Source: an uncultured Candidatus Saccharibacteria bacterium (GTDB lineage: Bacteria; Patescibacteriota; Saccharimonadia; Saccharimonadales; JAGQNJ01). From it: DNA of 64,000 nucleotides. How positions within the stretch are numbered: the stretch's first letter is position 1; each line of letters begins with the position of its first letter. The notes under the pieces are model-generated. The model had not been told where the DNA came from, did not search any database, and was given only the letters and a program-made list of their open reading frames with translations. Positions 37,736-49,938 of this stretch are shown in pieces. The stretch lies in contig CAZPAW010000001.1 in assembly GCA_964584895.1 (NCBI GenBank), positions 337,504-401,503 on the forward strand, given 5' to 3'. The translations under genes and the position numbers were made by a program.

Positions 37736-38164
37736 ATGGAAGATAAGACGATAATTGCTTTAGATGTTGGCACCAAAAGAATTGGAGTAGCCCGCGCTAA
37801 CTCTATTGCGCTAATTGCCGAGCCACTATTAACGCTAGATAATGATAAAGATTTATTTAAAAACATCAGCACAATTATTAAAGAACAAAATGCGAAATTA
37901 CTAGTAATTGGTATGCCTAATAATCTAGAAGGTAATCAAACCCAGCAAACTAAGTATACTGATGAATTTGTTAAGGATTTATCTAAAACGATTAGTATCC
38001 CTGTGGCTGTGCAGAATGAAGCTTTGTCATCTGTAATTGCACGCGATCGCCTATCTATTCGCAAGACTAATTATGACAAATCAGAAGTTGATTCTATGGC
38101 TGCAAGCGTTATACTAGAGTCTTTTATAGAGTCTAACGCAGGGAAGATAAAACAATTAGTATGA
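37736..38164 (+). CDS. ruvX: putative pre-16S rRNA nuclease / Holliday junction resolvase-like YqgF
   Basis: IIALDVGTKRIGVA motif. ATG 37736 is preferred over the track's TTG 37706, which overlaps the upstream gene. Confidence 0.85.
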   Translation: MEDKTIIALDVGTKRIGVARANSIALIAEPLLTLDNDKDLFKNISTIIKEQNAKLLVIGMPNNLEGNQTQQTKYTDEFVKDLSKTISIPVAVQNEALSSVIARDRLSIRKTNYDKSEVDSMAASVILESFIESNAGKIKQLV

Positions 38165-39204
38165 ATAAAACGCAACCGACGGCTCGTGAAAAATGGATAA
38201 AAAATACAATCATTGGAATCATTATCCTTGTTACTGTTGCTGTTGTGGCTGCAATCGCAATCAGGCAAATCTATACTTCAAATCTCAAACCGTTAAGTGA
38301 TTCTCAAGAAATAAAAATTATAGAAATTCCGAGTGGATACAGCGCAAAACAGATAGGAGATTCGCTAGAGAGTAGCGGAGTAATCAAGCAATCATGGGCA
38401 TTTAACTGGTATGTCCGAACCAATGGGCTTATCGAGGATCTAAAGGCAGGTACCTACGCTTTGCGTCCAAGTCAATCAGTGTCTGAGGTTGTAGATACGA
38501 TAGCTGGCGGTGAAGTAGCTACAGATTTAGTAACTATTTTACCAGGACAAAGAATAGATCAAGTTAGGGCAGCGCTAATTAATAGTGGGTTTTCGCCTGA
38601 ATCTGTCGATAAGGCCCTTGACCCAGACACATATCCAAATCATCCAGCCTTGGTTGATAAACCAAAAAACGCTAACCTAGAAGGCTATTTATACCCAGAG
38701 ACTTTTCAAAAAAATACTTCAACAAAAGCCAGCGATATAATTAGAGCTTCACTAGATGAAATGCAGGCTAGATTGACCCCTGGTGTACGCAGAGCTATTG
38801 CTAAGCAAAATTTAAGTGTGTACGAGGGCATAATACTGGCCTCAATCGTAGAACAAGAGGTTGCTGATCTGAAAGATAAGCCGGTTGTAGCTAGCGTATT
38901 TTTTAACCGACTGAAAAACGGTCAAAGACTACAGTCGGACGTAACAGTGCTATATGGAGCGATTGCAAATGGGCAACCGCCTAGTTTGACCTACGACTCG
39001 GCATATAACACTTTTACAAATAATGGATTACCGGTCGGTCCGATTAGTAATGTGTCTAAAGAATCATTGCTAGCAGTTGCTAATCCAAAAAATACAGACT
39101 ACTTGTATTTTGTGGCGGGTGATGATGGTGTGACTTACTTTTCTAAAACCCTTGAAGAGCACGAGAAAGCTGTGTCCGAACATTGTAAAAAACTTTGTAA
39201 TTAA
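38161..39204 (+). CDS. mltG: endolytic murein transglycosylase (YceG-like)
   Basis: 347 aa. N-terminal TM, LASIVEQE, FFNRL, LQSDVTVLYG motifs. Confidence 0.9.
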   Translation: MNKTQPTAREKWIKNTIIGIIILVTVAVVAAIAIRQIYTSNLKPLSDSQEIKIIEIPSGYSAKQIGDSLESSGVIKQSWAFNWYVRTNGLIEDLKAGTYALRPSQSVSEVVDTIAGGEVATDLVTILPGQRIDQVRAALINSGFSPESVDKALDPDTYPNHPALVDKPKNANLEGYLYPETFQKNTSTKASDIIRASLDEMQARLTPGVRRAIAKQNLSVYEGIILASIVEQEVADLKDKPVVASVFFNRLKNGQRLQSDVTVLYGAIANGQPPSLTYDSAYNTFTNNGLPVGPISNVSKESLLAVANPKNTDYLYFVAGDDGVTYFSKTLEEHEKAVSEHCKKLCN

Positions 39205-39437
39205 TTAGAGTATTTTCTACCAGAAAAACAGAGCCGGCAGGTTTGCACGAAAACGCTTGAAATGCTATACTTTTGGGTGCGATTTGATACTTTTTGTTGG
39301 TTCCCAACAGAGGTGATGATTGCTCAACTACAGGTAATTGAGAGGCAATTAGCAATAATGTCGATCCTCTCTAGCGTTTACTAACATTAACCCCTGTCAG
39401 TTGATAATAGACGAGATTCGTCTAGGGAGCCCGGTAT

Positions 39438-40598
39438 TTGAAAACCACCGAGACCATTAACCAAGAACTCAATCAAAAAATAGAATCAATACAAACCGCC
39501 GTTTCGAAAAAACGGATGCTAAATAACTTACTTTCAAAACGTAACAGAGGTAAGTTAATTAAGTATTCCCTTATTACTGCAAATGCAGCCATTCTTTTAG
39601 TTGTTATTGGAATTGTTTTGCAACCTTCAAATAATTCTTCTCAGAATAGCCCGGCATTATTATCAACTCAAGCTGATGAAGATGAGGTTGCTAATCCTGT
39701 CGATGTTTTGTCTTCGGCTGATATTGCAGTGAATGTTGCTCGGGTAACAAGAATCGAAGAGGCGACTAGCGTTACTAATAAGGCAGATACGGTTAACGCT
39801 CAGCTAAATACCGCACCATCTGATGATATTGTGGCTGCGCAACCTCAGGTTATCGCTACTTCGTTGAAATCTCGTTTTGATATTCAAACTTACGTAGTAG
39901 AAAAAGGTGATACCATAAAAAGTATTGCCAAGAAATTCGATATCTCAACAGATACAATTCGATGGTCTAACGATGTTTCTGATGAGGACATCAAACCCGG
40001 CTTGAGGCTTTTGATCTCTCCAATAGATGGTATTGTCTATAAGGTAAAAAAAGACGATACGGCAGCCAGCTTAGCATCTAAATACAGCGCGGATAAAAAC
40101 AAGATATCAATATTTAATGATTTTGAGGTTAGTGGCATACCTGTCGGCGAATATATTGTTATTCCTGAAGGACGTCCACCAAGTCAAGCAGTTGTTCCAG
40201 CGGCTGCTCCAGCCAGTACTTTTGGTACGAACACAGGTTTTGCTTGGGGCGGTGGATCGGCTGTCTATAACGGTAATGGCTATGATTATGGGTATTGTAC
40301 TTGGTGGGCAGCAGTGCGTAGATCACAAACTGGCAACCCTATACCTAGCAACCTCGGTAACGCTAGTACATGGGCCGCATTAGCTCAGCAAGCCGGTTTT
40401 GGAGTCGGTAATGCTCCAGCGAGCGGTGCAGTTATATGGACACCACCTAGAGATTATTATGGCCATGTAGGTTTTGTTGAAAAAGTTAATCCAGACGGAA
40501 GCGTATTAGTATCAGAGATGAACGTTGCCGGTTGGGGTGTAGTTAGTAAAAAAACGCTATCAAAAGCCCAAGCTGCTCAATACAGCTACATATATTGA
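39438..40598 (+). CDS. LysM-repeat / CHAP-domain peptidoglycan hydrolase
   Basis: 386 aa, TTG start with GGGAG RBS. TM anchor, two LysM-like repeats (YVVEKGDTIKSIAKKFDIS..., YKVKKDDTAASLASKYSAD...). C-terminal CHAP-like YGYCTWWAA...GHVGFVEKV. Confidence 0.85.
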   Translation: MKTTETINQELNQKIESIQTAVSKKRMLNNLLSKRNRGKLIKYSLITANAAILLVVIGIVLQPSNNSSQNSPALLSTQADEDEVANPVDVLSSADIAVNVARVTRIEEATSVTNKADTVNAQLNTAPSDDIVAAQPQVIATSLKSRFDIQTYVVEKGDTIKSIAKKFDISTDTIRWSNDVSDEDIKPGLRLLISPIDGIVYKVKKDDTAASLASKYSADKNKISIFNDFEVSGIPVGEYIVIPEGRPPSQAVVPAAAPASTFGTNTGFAWGGGSAVYNGNGYDYGYCTWWAAVRRSQTGNPIPSNLGNASTWAALAQQAGFGVGNAPASGAVIWTPPRDYYGHVGFVEKVNPDGSVLVSEMNVAGWGVVSKKTLSKAQAAQYSYIY

Positions 40599-40632
40599 AA
40601 ATATAACAAAAAAAGGTTATAATAATTAGATT

Positions 40633-41094
40633 ATGGCTATATTTGAAAATTCAGTTGAAGATTATTTGCGTGAGGGTGAGAGGATTGCAGATTCTAGTAT
40701 TGAGGTTACAGATAACGGTACTGTCGGTATACACGTAATTGAAAGAGAAGGACTTCGCAAAGCAGATGAAGTTCTGCTTGATATAGTTGGCGATAGCGAA
40801 CCGTTAGTATTAATAGGTGGCAACGCTATCAGGACTGAGGTGCAGACAGGATGGGGTTTGTTGACGATTATGGATCTTTGCAATCCATCAGACATAGATA
40901 TTGTTCAGTTAAGGCCTGGAGATACCTACAGAATTCCTTCAACAAATACTGTTTATTCGTATTCTGCTGATGCATCTCAAAACTGGATTATCAGAGATCA
41001 TTGCACAGATTTTGAACCAGAGTATGAGCCAACTGCTCAAGACGTTGCCAATGCGCTGAGCACGGCGCTGATAACGACATGGTCTAATCTATAA
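40633..41094 (+). CDS. hypothetical protein (possibly cupin-like)
   Basis: 153-aa ORF. VQLRPGDTYRIPSTNTVYSY resembles a cupin strand motif, which is weak evidence. Confidence 0.45.
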   Translation: MAIFENSVEDYLREGERIADSSIEVTDNGTVGIHVIEREGLRKADEVLLDIVGDSEPLVLIGGNAIRTEVQTGWGLLTIMDLCNPSDIDIVQLRPGDTYRIPSTNTVYSYSADASQNWIIRDHCTDFEPEYEPTAQDVANALSTALITTWSNL

Positions 41095-41100
41095 CAGTAA

Positions 41101-42414
<1,314 letters not shown>

Positions 42415-42582
42415 AATCTTTACGTATAGCACATTATTAACCCACGTCTGTAACTTTCTCGATCTCAAATAAAGTGACAATAAGTGAATAACAGGCATTT
42501 ATCTGGTGTAGAGATAAAGCGTAAAACTACCCTCATTAAAAAAACAGTATAAATACCTAAAACAAAAGAATATTAAGAATAT

Positions 42583-42612
42583 TTGACACAAGTGCATATA
42601 ACGTGTTACAAT
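42583..42612 (+). promoter_or_regulatory. putative promoter giving a leaderless or near-leaderless transcript
   Basis: TTGACA (42583-88), 18-nt spacer, extended -10 TGTTACAAT (-10 at 42607-12). The ATG of the next ORF is only 7 nt after the -10. Confidence 0.5.
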
Positions 42613-42619
42613 ATGACGC

Positions 42620-42976
42620 ATGGATTTACCACGAGAAACATTATGTCGAAATTGCCCACAATTAGCGGAAGATACGCCAGTTGTGCATGGTCTTGCGCAA
42701 GAAACTGCAGGAATAATCAGTGAAATAATTCGCAATTACAATAATTGTAGAGAAGATTATCTTGATGAAGTGGGTGATGATATTGATTTGGTAACAGAAG
42801 GTGAAGAAGGATTTGGCGCAATATTATCAGGAGACTTAGCTGTTGCCGGTGAACTTATGGAAGATAGAATTTTTCCTGATGACGATCTTAGCGGTGAAAA
42901 AGTGGCTTATTTTGCATGCGCTAAAAAACTTCAAGGCTATCGTCAGTGTGGACTTGACCCTGGTATTGCTTATTAA
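42620..42976 (+). CDS. hypothetical acidic protein
   Basis: 118-aa ORF with no RBS (see promoter above). Confidence 0.45.
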   Translation: MDLPRETLCRNCPQLAEDTPVVHGLAQETAGIISEIIRNYNNCREDYLDEVGDDIDLVTEGEEGFGAILSGDLAVAGELMEDRIFPDDDLSGEKVAYFACAKKLQGYRQCGLDPGIAY

Positions 42977-43006
42977 TAGCGACAATTACTGATAGACTAG
43001 TAGTCA

Positions 43007-44446
43007 ATGGCTGCCAGTCTATTTTTTTATGACTTAGAGACGAGTGGATTTGATGCTAGATCTGATCGAATTATGCAGTTTGGTGGACAGCGGACTGATT
43101 TGGACCTCAATCCAATCGGTGGTCCATTTAATTATTTGATAAAACTTACAGACGATATATTGCCAAGTCCTGATGCTGTATTAGTAACGGGTATTACGCC
43201 TCAGAAAGTACAGTCAGATGGCTTAACAGAGCTAGAATTTTTAAAAATTTTTCATGATCAGATTGCAACTATTGATACGATTTTTGTTGGCTTTAACTCG
43301 ATAAGATTTGACGATGAATTTATGAGATTCCTACATTGGCGAAATTTTTTTGATGCGTATGAATGGCAGTGGAAGGATGGTCGGGGACGTTGGGATTTGC
43401 TTGATCTTGTCAGAATGACAAGAGCTCTACGGCCGGATGGGATCAATTGGCCGGTTGATGTTAATGGTAAATCAGCCAATCGCTTAGAATTACTGGCGAG
43501 CCTTAACGGACTAGAGCATAATAGTGCTCATGATGCTCTGAGCGACGTTCAGGCGAGTATCGCTTTGGCAAAATTGATAAAAACAAGACAACCAAAATTA
43601 TTTGACTGGCTTTTACAAATGCGCGAAAAAAAGAAAGTTTCAGCGTTCGTTGGTAATTCTCAACCATTTATTTATGTCAGCGGTAAATACCAGGCAGATT
43701 ACGAAAAAACAACTGTCGCAATAAAGATAGGCGACCATCCAAAAAAACAAGGTGCACTAGTCTACGATCTTCGCTATGATCCAGACGATTATTTGAAGCA
43801 GACTCCAGAAAATTTAGTCAATCTTTGGCGATATGATAAAAACAGAGAAGGCCCAGGTTTGCCAGTAAAAACATTACTATTTAACAGATGTCCGGCGATT
43901 GCACCATTAAATGTTATTGATGAAGACAGTAAGGTTCGTTTGAGTTTGGATATTAATCAGATTGAGAAAAACCGCAATAAATTAGAATCAAACAAAGAAA
44001 AATTTTACAAACTACTATTATCGGCTCTGGATATAATGGATAAAAAACAACAAACAAAAATGATAGAAAATACAGATGTTTCTGAAAGTCAGCTGTATGA
44101 AAAATTTGTAAACGAAAGTGATAAAAAATTAATCGAAAATCAATTTAAGTTAGATCCAGAACGCATAGAAGACATAAAACAACAATTACATGACGATAGA
44201 TTAAAAAATTTAATTTTGCCATTTAAGGCGAGAAATTATTCCAAGAGTTTGAGTTCTGAGGAGGCTAACGATTGGGAAAAATATCGTGTTAAAAAACTCT
44301 CAGCTGCAAAATTTAACCTCATGACTTATTTTAAGCGCATTGAAGAACTGTCAAATATACACAAAAACAATAAACAAAAATTATATTTACTTGAAGAACT
44401 TAGACTATACGGCGAAAGTATTATGCCCGAAGAGATGGTTTTTTAG
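43007..44446 (+). CDS. sbcB: exodeoxyribonuclease I
   Basis: 479 aa. DEDDh motifs FFYDLETSGFD, GFNSIRFDDEF, HNSAHDALSDV. Confidence 0.9.
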   Translation: MAASLFFYDLETSGFDARSDRIMQFGGQRTDLDLNPIGGPFNYLIKLTDDILPSPDAVLVTGITPQKVQSDGLTELEFLKIFHDQIATIDTIFVGFNSIRFDDEFMRFLHWRNFFDAYEWQWKDGRGRWDLLDLVRMTRALRPDGINWPVDVNGKSANRLELLASLNGLEHNSAHDALSDVQASIALAKLIKTRQPKLFDWLLQMREKKKVSAFVGNSQPFIYVSGKYQADYEKTTVAIKIGDHPKKQGALVYDLRYDPDDYLKQTPENLVNLWRYDKNREGPGLPVKTLLFNRCPAIAPLNVIDEDSKVRLSLDINQIEKNRNKLESNKEKFYKLLLSALDIMDKKQQTKMIENTDVSESQLYEKFVNESDKKLIENQFKLDPERIEDIKQQLHDDRLKNLILPFKARNYSKSLSSEEANDWEKYRVKKLSAAKFNLMTYFKRIEELSNIHKNNKQKLYLLEELRLYGESIMPEEMVF

Positions 44447-44606
44447 TCGACTTGTTGTGCTTTTGTTTGCCTGCACTGGCAAAATTATGATTATGGAACT
44501 TTAAATCAAAATAAATTATTAGACCAAAAAAAACCAATACAAACCAAGCAAGTGTAACTTGTATATTTGTGCCAGGGATCTTTCCTAAAACTATTAACTC
44601 TAACAT
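44421..44606 (-). CDS. hypothetical small membrane protein
   Basis: 61 aa with one TM and a GAGG RBS 8 nt upstream. Its 3' end overlaps the sbcB 3' end by 26 nt. Confidence 0.3.
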   Translation of the reverse strand: MLELIVLGKIPGTNIQVTLAWFVLVFFGLIIYFDLKFHNHNFASAGKQKHNKSTKKPSLRA

Positions 44607-44688
44607 TATAACCTCGAGGATATATATTCTTCAGGGGTTATTATACATCAAATTGTCAACGTGTCAAAGAAATGTATAAAACTAATGT

Positions 44689-44952
44689 TTATTTACGAAA
44701 CAGTTTTTTGATCTTAACTTTAATATATTTAATAAGTTTTTCAATTTGCGCAATCATCCAATCTCTAGCTCGTTCTGCGAATGCAAATTCGCTAGCTAGT
44801 ACTGCAAAGCCGATAAATATCGCGGCCCAGCCTGGCCCAGGAAATATCAACATAATTAGCCCAGTTATAATAATGCTAGAACCAATAATTAGGACTAGCG
44901 TTTTTCGTATAGCTTTTGGAATTCTTTTCCAGAATCTTTCTATTTTATGCAT
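44689..44952 (-). CDS. PGPGW-motif transmembrane protein
   Basis: FPGPGW motif between two TM helices. Start moved to ATG 44952 (MHKIERFW, AAGGA RBS), which removes the overlap with pheA. Confidence 0.6.
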   Translation of the reverse strand: MHKIERFWKRIPKAIRKTLVLIIGSSIIITGLIMLIFPGPGWAAIFIGFAVLASEFAFAERARDWMIAQIEKLIKYIKVKIKKLFRK

Positions 44953-44968
44953 ATTTAAGTATCCTTGA

Positions 44969-45793
44969 CTAAAAGTTTTTTGAGGATTTGTAGCTACCAA
45001 GTACTATTGTCTCACAGCCCTGAGTTTCTAGTTCTGTTAACGCTTGATTCAGAATATTGTTGTTTAGGCCTATGCTGACATCAATATAAAACATATATCT
45101 CCATGCTTGTTTTTTTATTGGACGAGATTGTAGCTTTGTCATATTGATACTGTATTTATCAAAAACGCCCAGAGCTCGATACAAAGATCCAGCTTCGTGA
45201 GAAGTGATTAATGCTAAAGATGTTTTATTCGCCGTGCTATCTATAGTTTTATTATTTTGAAGAACTATGAATCGGGTGTAATTTTGTTTATTGTCCTCAA
45301 TTTCTTTATCCAAAATCTCCATATTGTGTAGCTTCGCAGAATCAGCGCTAGCAATTGCAGCTTTGGTTTTATCGCCTGACTTTTTGACTAACTCTACGCT
45401 CGCAACAGTATCATGATATTCAATGTGCTTTGCTTTGGGGAAGTTATTATCTAAATAATTTTCACACTGGGCGAGTGCCATAATTTGTGAATAGATTTCT
45501 TCAATAGTATTTTTTTTGGATCCGGGTATTCCTATTAGGCAATGTTGAATGCGCAGGTTTATCTCTCCAGATACCCATAATTGTTTTTTTAGTAATAAAT
45601 CATATACAGGATTTATTGAGCCATATAAAGAATTTTCGATTGCAATTACGGCGTAATCGGCTTGATTATTCTCGACGGACTCAAAGCCTTCCTTGAATGT
45701 ATCGCAAGCCACCACATCAATATCATCTCCAAAAAAATGTTTTGCCGCCTGATGGTGGTATGACGCTTTTTGTCCTTGAATTGCAACTTTCAT
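44969..45793 (-). CDS. pheA: prephenate dehydratase
   Basis: 274 aa. VAIQGQKASYHHQAA, TRF and QSRP (ESRP-like) motifs, C-terminal ACT-like region. Confidence 0.85.
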   Translation of the reverse strand: MKVAIQGQKASYHHQAAKHFFGDDIDVVACDTFKEGFESVENNQADYAVIAIENSLYGSINPVYDLLLKKQLWVSGEINLRIQHCLIGIPGSKKNTIEEIYSQIMALAQCENYLDNNFPKAKHIEYHDTVASVELVKKSGDKTKAAIASADSAKLHNMEILDKEIEDNKQNYTRFIVLQNNKTIDSTANKTSLALITSHEAGSLYRALGVFDKYSINMTKLQSRPIKKQAWRYMFYIDVSIGLNNNILNQALTELETQGCETIVLGSYKSSKNF

Positions 45794-45825
45794 TGAATGT
45801 TATACTAACACAATAGTAGGGAAAA

Positions 45826-46446
45826 TTGATTACAAGAATGATGCCAAAAAGATCAAACCACAGAGTTCAAAATCCTAAACCTAGAGATCATGACATATCG
45901 GGGTTTGCCTGGTATAGGCCTGTAAATATTGACTCAGCAGAAAAATTATACGAATTTTCGAAAGAGATGATAGCTAGGGGTAAAGTTCCCGAGGGATCGA
46001 CACCGAGACAACCCAATGAAATGCGCTTAACCTATATTGAAAAAGGTAAATTAGAAAAACAATTAAGAGCATTCGCAGTCGGATGGGATGCGCGAGGTGC
46101 TATCCAAGAATTTGACAGGAGGTGCGAAACCCATAATCAACCATTAGAAGTAGGGCTGGGTAGGGTTGCGTTGTTTGGTGCTAGAAAACAGGTACTCTCT
46201 GTCACCACAGAGCATGATCAAACTGTCGCTGACGAATATCTATTTGCCGTAGAATCATTAGAGCTTCTGCATGTAAAAGGATTAGACCGAAGGACTTTTA
46301 GGCCTCATATTTCGTTATTTCATTTACCGCATACATCGCCATTGGGCGAGAGAAATCAGGCTATGCATGCTGTTAATGGTAACCTACATCCAATGTCGAT
46401 CATTTTAGACGAAATAACGGTTTACCCCGATAGATATAGTTTGTAG
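45826..46446 (+). CDS. hypothetical protein
   Basis: 206-aa ORF (TTG; alternative ATG 45838). No confident motif. Confidence 0.45.
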   Translation: MITRMMPKRSNHRVQNPKPRDHDISGFAWYRPVNIDSAEKLYEFSKEMIARGKVPEGSTPRQPNEMRLTYIEKGKLEKQLRAFAVGWDARGAIQEFDRRCETHNQPLEVGLGRVALFGARKQVLSVTTEHDQTVADEYLFAVESLELLHVKGLDRRTFRPHISLFHLPHTSPLGERNQAMHAVNGNLHPMSIILDEITVYPDRYSL

Positions 46447-46524
46447 TACTAGAAAAATCCTCTGTTTTCTGATACAATCCAGCGTCGATATATATAGTCG
46501 AGTAAGAGATCTTGGGTAGAAAAA

Positions 46525-49335
46525 ATGAGTGAATACATAGAAGTAAAAGGCGCTAGAGAACACAACCTAAAAAACATTAGCGTAATTCTTCCACGTCAGA
46601 AATTAGTTGTAATTACTGGTTTGTCGGGTTCTGGAAAGTCTAGCTTGGCTTTTGATACTATTTACGCCGAAGGTCAACGGAGGTATGTTGAAAGTCTTAG
46701 TTCTTATGCCCGGCAGTTTTTGGGACTAATAGAAAAGCCAGACGTTGATCAAATCGATGGATTAAGCCCAGCAATCAGTATTGACCAAAAATCGACTAGT
46801 CGTAATCCACGATCTACGGTCGCGACGGTGACTGAAATTTTTGATTACCTGAGGCTACTGTATGCAAGAATAGGCATTCCACATTGTTCTGTTTGCAACA
46901 AATCAGTTACTAGACAAACACCGCAAGGAGTTGTCGACCAAGTCATAAGCCACACTACCGATGCTCGAATAATGATTTTATCGCCAGTAGTCGTAGATAA
47001 AAAGGGAGCTTTTGAACATATTCCTGAGCAATATATGCGAGGCGGTTTTGCTCGAGTTAGAGTTGACGGAGTAGTATATGCTTTGGACGAGTTTCCTTCG
47101 CTCAACAAAACTAAAAAACACACTATCGAAGTAGTCGTAGATCGCCTGACTAATAATAAAGATAATAGTGGGCGTTTAGTGCAATCGATTGAGCAGGCAC
47201 TAGACCTATCTGATGGAAGATTGACAGTCCATAATGCCGATAAAGGTGTAGATTATTCTTATAGCTTGATGTATGCATGCGTTGATCACCCTGAAGTCTC
47301 GATTCCAGAATTAGAACCCAGAACTTTTAGTTTTAACTCGCCGTTTGGCGCTTGTTCTGTTTGCACAGGCCTAGGTACAAGGATGGAAGTTGATCCCGAG
47401 CTAGTAATACCTAATGGTCGATTGACAATATCAGAAGGTGCAATTAGGCCTTATAACCGAGTTAGTACTGACGCATGGTATATGAAAAAGATGCAAGCTG
47501 TTGCCGATGACAACAATTTTAGTTTGCAGGTACCTACTTCCGAGTTATCAAAAAAACATTTGGATTTGTTGCTATACGGAACTGGCGATAAAAAATATCG
47601 GGTACCATTAGGCGGTGGGCGGTCTTTCGATACGACTTATGAGGGTGTAATCCCAAATTTAGAGCGTCGTCATAAAGAAACAGAAAGCGACTTTATGCGT
47701 CGAGACATCGAGAGGTTCATGCTAGAACGGCCTTGTCACGCATGCAAAGGAAAAAGATTAAAACCGGAAGTCTTAGCAATAACAGTTAACGATACTTCGA
47801 TAATTGATGTTTGCGAAAATTCTATTGATGATAGTGTGACTTTTTTTGACAATCTAAAATTGGATCAAAAAGAGCAGATGATTGCAAAACAAATATTAAA
47901 AGAAATCAAAGCCAGACTCAAATTTCTCCAAGACGTAGGCTTAAATTATTTGACATTAGCTCGTAGCGCTACCACTTTGAGCGGTGGAGAAGCTCAAAGG
48001 ATTAGACTAGCAACGCAAATCGGTTCAGGATTAATGGGCGTGCTGTATGTTCTGGACGAGCCATCTATAGGGTTGCATCAACGCGATAATAACAGGTTGA
48101 TCAGTACCTTAAAAACTTTGCGCGATCTCGGTAACTCGGTGATTGTAGTAGAACACGACGAAGAAACAATAAAAACTGCCGATTATCTTCTGGATATCGG
48201 ACCTGGTGCGGGGATTCATGGCGGAGCTGTAGTTGCCGAAGGTACACCCGAAGCAGTTTCAAAAGTCAAAAACAGTATCACTGGCCAGTATTTACGAGGC
48301 GAAAAATCAGTTGATGTACCGAAAAAAAGACGAGCAGGTAACGGAAATTTCTTATCCGTTATTGGTGCAAATGAGCATAATTTACAGAATATTGATGCAG
48401 TCATACCTCTCGGAAAAATGGTCGTAGTTAGTGGTGTGTCTGGTTCTGGAAAATCTAGCCTGATTAACGATATTATTGCTAAAGAATTATCTGCACGCCT
48501 TCATCGTGCAAATACTGTTCCTGGTAAGCATGATGATATTACTGGCATAGAACATTTAGATAAAGCAATTATTATCGATCAATCGCCAATTGGTCGGACG
48601 CCGCGATCTAATCCGGCAACTTACACCGGATTATTTACTCCAATAAGAGAACTTTTTTCTAGTGTGCCAGAGGCAAAAGTACGAGGTTACAACCCTGGAC
48701 GTTTTAGCTTTAACGTTAAAGGAGGAAGGTGCGAAAATTGTTCAGGCGACGGAATAATAAAAATTGAAATGCACTTTTTGCCAGATGTTTATGTAGCCTG
48801 CGAAGTTTGTCATGGCAAGCGTTATAACAAAGAAGCTCTTGAAATTCACTATAAAGGCAAAACAATTAGTGATGTACTGGATATGACGTGTGAGACTGCG
48901 TTAGAATTCTTTTCTAATATCCCGTCGATTGCCCGAAAACTTCAGACTTTAGTAGATGTAGGGTTAGGTTATATTGCGCTTGGTCAACCAGCTACAACTC
49001 TTAGTGGAGGCGAAGCTCAACGAGTTAAGTTGGCAACAGAATTATCAAAACGTCCAACTGGCCGAACACTGTATATTTTGGATGAGCCGACGACTGGCCT
49101 ACACATGGATGACGTAAAAAAGTTACTCCAGGTTCTACACGCACTGGTTGATACCGGCAACAGTATGATAATAATCGAACATAATCTTGACGTAATAAAG
49201 TCAGCTGATCATATTATCGATATGGGTCCAGAAGGTGGCTCTGGTGGCGGATACATCGTGGCCGAGGGCACACCTGAACAAGTTAGCAAAAATAAAAAAT
49301 CATACACAGGCGATTATCTTTCAAAAGTAATTTAG
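46525..49335 (+). CDS. uvrA: excinuclease ABC subunit A
   Basis: 936 aa. Two ABC modules ([18 protein letters not shown]; LSGGEAQR twice) and CxxC zinc modules. Confidence 0.97.
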   Translation: MSEYIEVKGAREHNLKNISVILPRQKLVVITGLSGSGKSSLAFDTIYAEGQRRYVESLSSYARQFLGLIEKPDVDQIDGLSPAISIDQKSTSRNPRSTVATVTEIFDYLRLLYARIGIPHCSVCNKSVTRQTPQGVVDQVISHTTDARIMILSPVVVDKKGAFEHIPEQYMRGGFARVRVDGVVYALDEFPSLNKTKKHTIEVVVDRLTNNKDNSGRLVQSIEQALDLSDGRLTVHNADKGVDYSYSLMYACVDHPEVSIPELEPRTFSFNSPFGACSVCTGLGTRMEVDPELVIPNGRLTISEGAIRPYNRVSTDAWYMKKMQAVADDNNFSLQVPTSELSKKHLDLLLYGTGDKKYRVPLGGGRSFDTTYEGVIPNLERRHKETESDFMRRDIERFMLERPCHACKGKRLKPEVLAITVNDTSIIDVCENSIDDSVTFFDNLKLDQKEQMIAKQILKEIKARLKFLQDVGLNYLTLARSATTLSGGEAQRIRLATQIGSGLMGVLYVLDEPSIGLHQRDNNRLISTLKTLRDLGNSVIVVEHDEETIKTADYLLDIGPGAGIHGGAVVAEGTPEAVSKVKNSITGQYLRGEKSVDVPKKRRAGNGNFLSVIGANEHNLQNIDAVIPLGKMVVVSGVSGSGKSSLINDIIAKELSARLHRANTVPGKHDDITGIEHLDKAIIIDQSPIGRTPRSNPATYTGLFTPIRELFSSVPEAKVRGYNPGRFSFNVKGGRCENCSGDGIIKIEMHFLPDVYVACEVCHGKRYNKEALEIHYKGKTISDVLDMTCETALEFFSNIPSIARKLQTLVDVGLGYIALGQPATTLSGGEAQRVKLATELSKRPTGRTLYILDEPTTGLHMDDVKKLLQVLHALVDTGNSMIIIEHNLDVIKSADHIIDMGPEGGSGGGYIVAEGTPEQVSKNKKSYTGDYLSKVI

Positions 49336-49342
49336 GTTAATT

Positions 49343-49936
49343 ATGCAAAAAATATTTCATCAATTACGAGACTTTGAAAACTTTGAAGATAGGTTGGCTA
49401 CGACAATTACTACTAGACTAAAACTAGAGCCAAATATAGACCAAATCGAAGCTTGGAAATGCCGTGAGCGAGCCGATACATTCTTGCGCCCAGAAATCAC
49501 TGATAATAATTTTTCAATAGAATTGTCGGCGAGTTTGGCTCAAATAATCCTAAATAGTCTCGATGAACCTTTAGAAGAGTTAGTTAATTACAAAAAAAAT
49601 GGTTGGGAGTTAAAAGATATGCGCACAGGATTAACTCAGACAAAAGCTGAAGAGCTTGATGGGCTAAAAGTATTACGCGGGTTCTCATGCCAAGTTGATT
49701 TTCTGAGCTTCAACTACCCATCCACCAGAATAAGATCACTCATTTGGTACGCACCGGCATTAATTAGACCAGACAGTGAAGGATATGAATATACGCAACC
49801 AGACTCTGGAAAACCGCATATAAATCGAATTGCCACAAAATCTATTTTTGAAAATGGCACTGAAGCTAACATCGCAGTCTTAAAAGAATCTAGACAGAAT
49901 TCTGGTGCGTTGCAGCGTCAAAAATCAAAAAAATAG
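49343..49936 (+). CDS. hypothetical protein
   Basis: 197-aa ORF immediately after uvrA. Confidence 0.45.
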   Translation: MQKIFHQLRDFENFEDRLATTITTRLKLEPNIDQIEAWKCRERADTFLRPEITDNNFSIELSASLAQIILNSLDEPLEELVNYKKNGWELKDMRTGLTQTKAEELDGLKVLRGFSCQVDFLSFNYPSTRIRSLIWYAPALIRPDSEGYEYTQPDSGKPHINRIATKSIFENGTEANIAVLKESRQNSGALQRQKSKK

Positions 49937-49938
49937 TA

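Noticed and set aside
39205-39437. c-di-AMP (ydaO-type) riboswitch upstream of the LysM-CHAP hydrolase
   Set aside because: It was considered because such riboswitches often precede wall hydrolase genes, but I could not find the paired conserved cores by eye. Only small hairpins (GTTGG/CCAAC, GACGA/TCGTC) and a loose copy of the CAGAAAAACAGAG box are present. An Rfam scan is needed before any claim.
40117-40383. 88-aa ORF in an alternative frame of the LysM-CHAP gene
   Set aside because: It is internal to a motif-supported CDS and has no independent signals.
44672-44968. 98-aa + strand ORF
   Set aside because: It is antisense to the PGPGW-motif membrane protein gene, which has the conserved motif and an RBS.
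45826-46446. 2H phosphoesterase (LigT-like) assignment for the 206-aa ORF
   Set aside because: Only one H-x-[ST]-x-like motif (HISL) is visible. The second required motif is absent, so the ORF is left as hypothetical.
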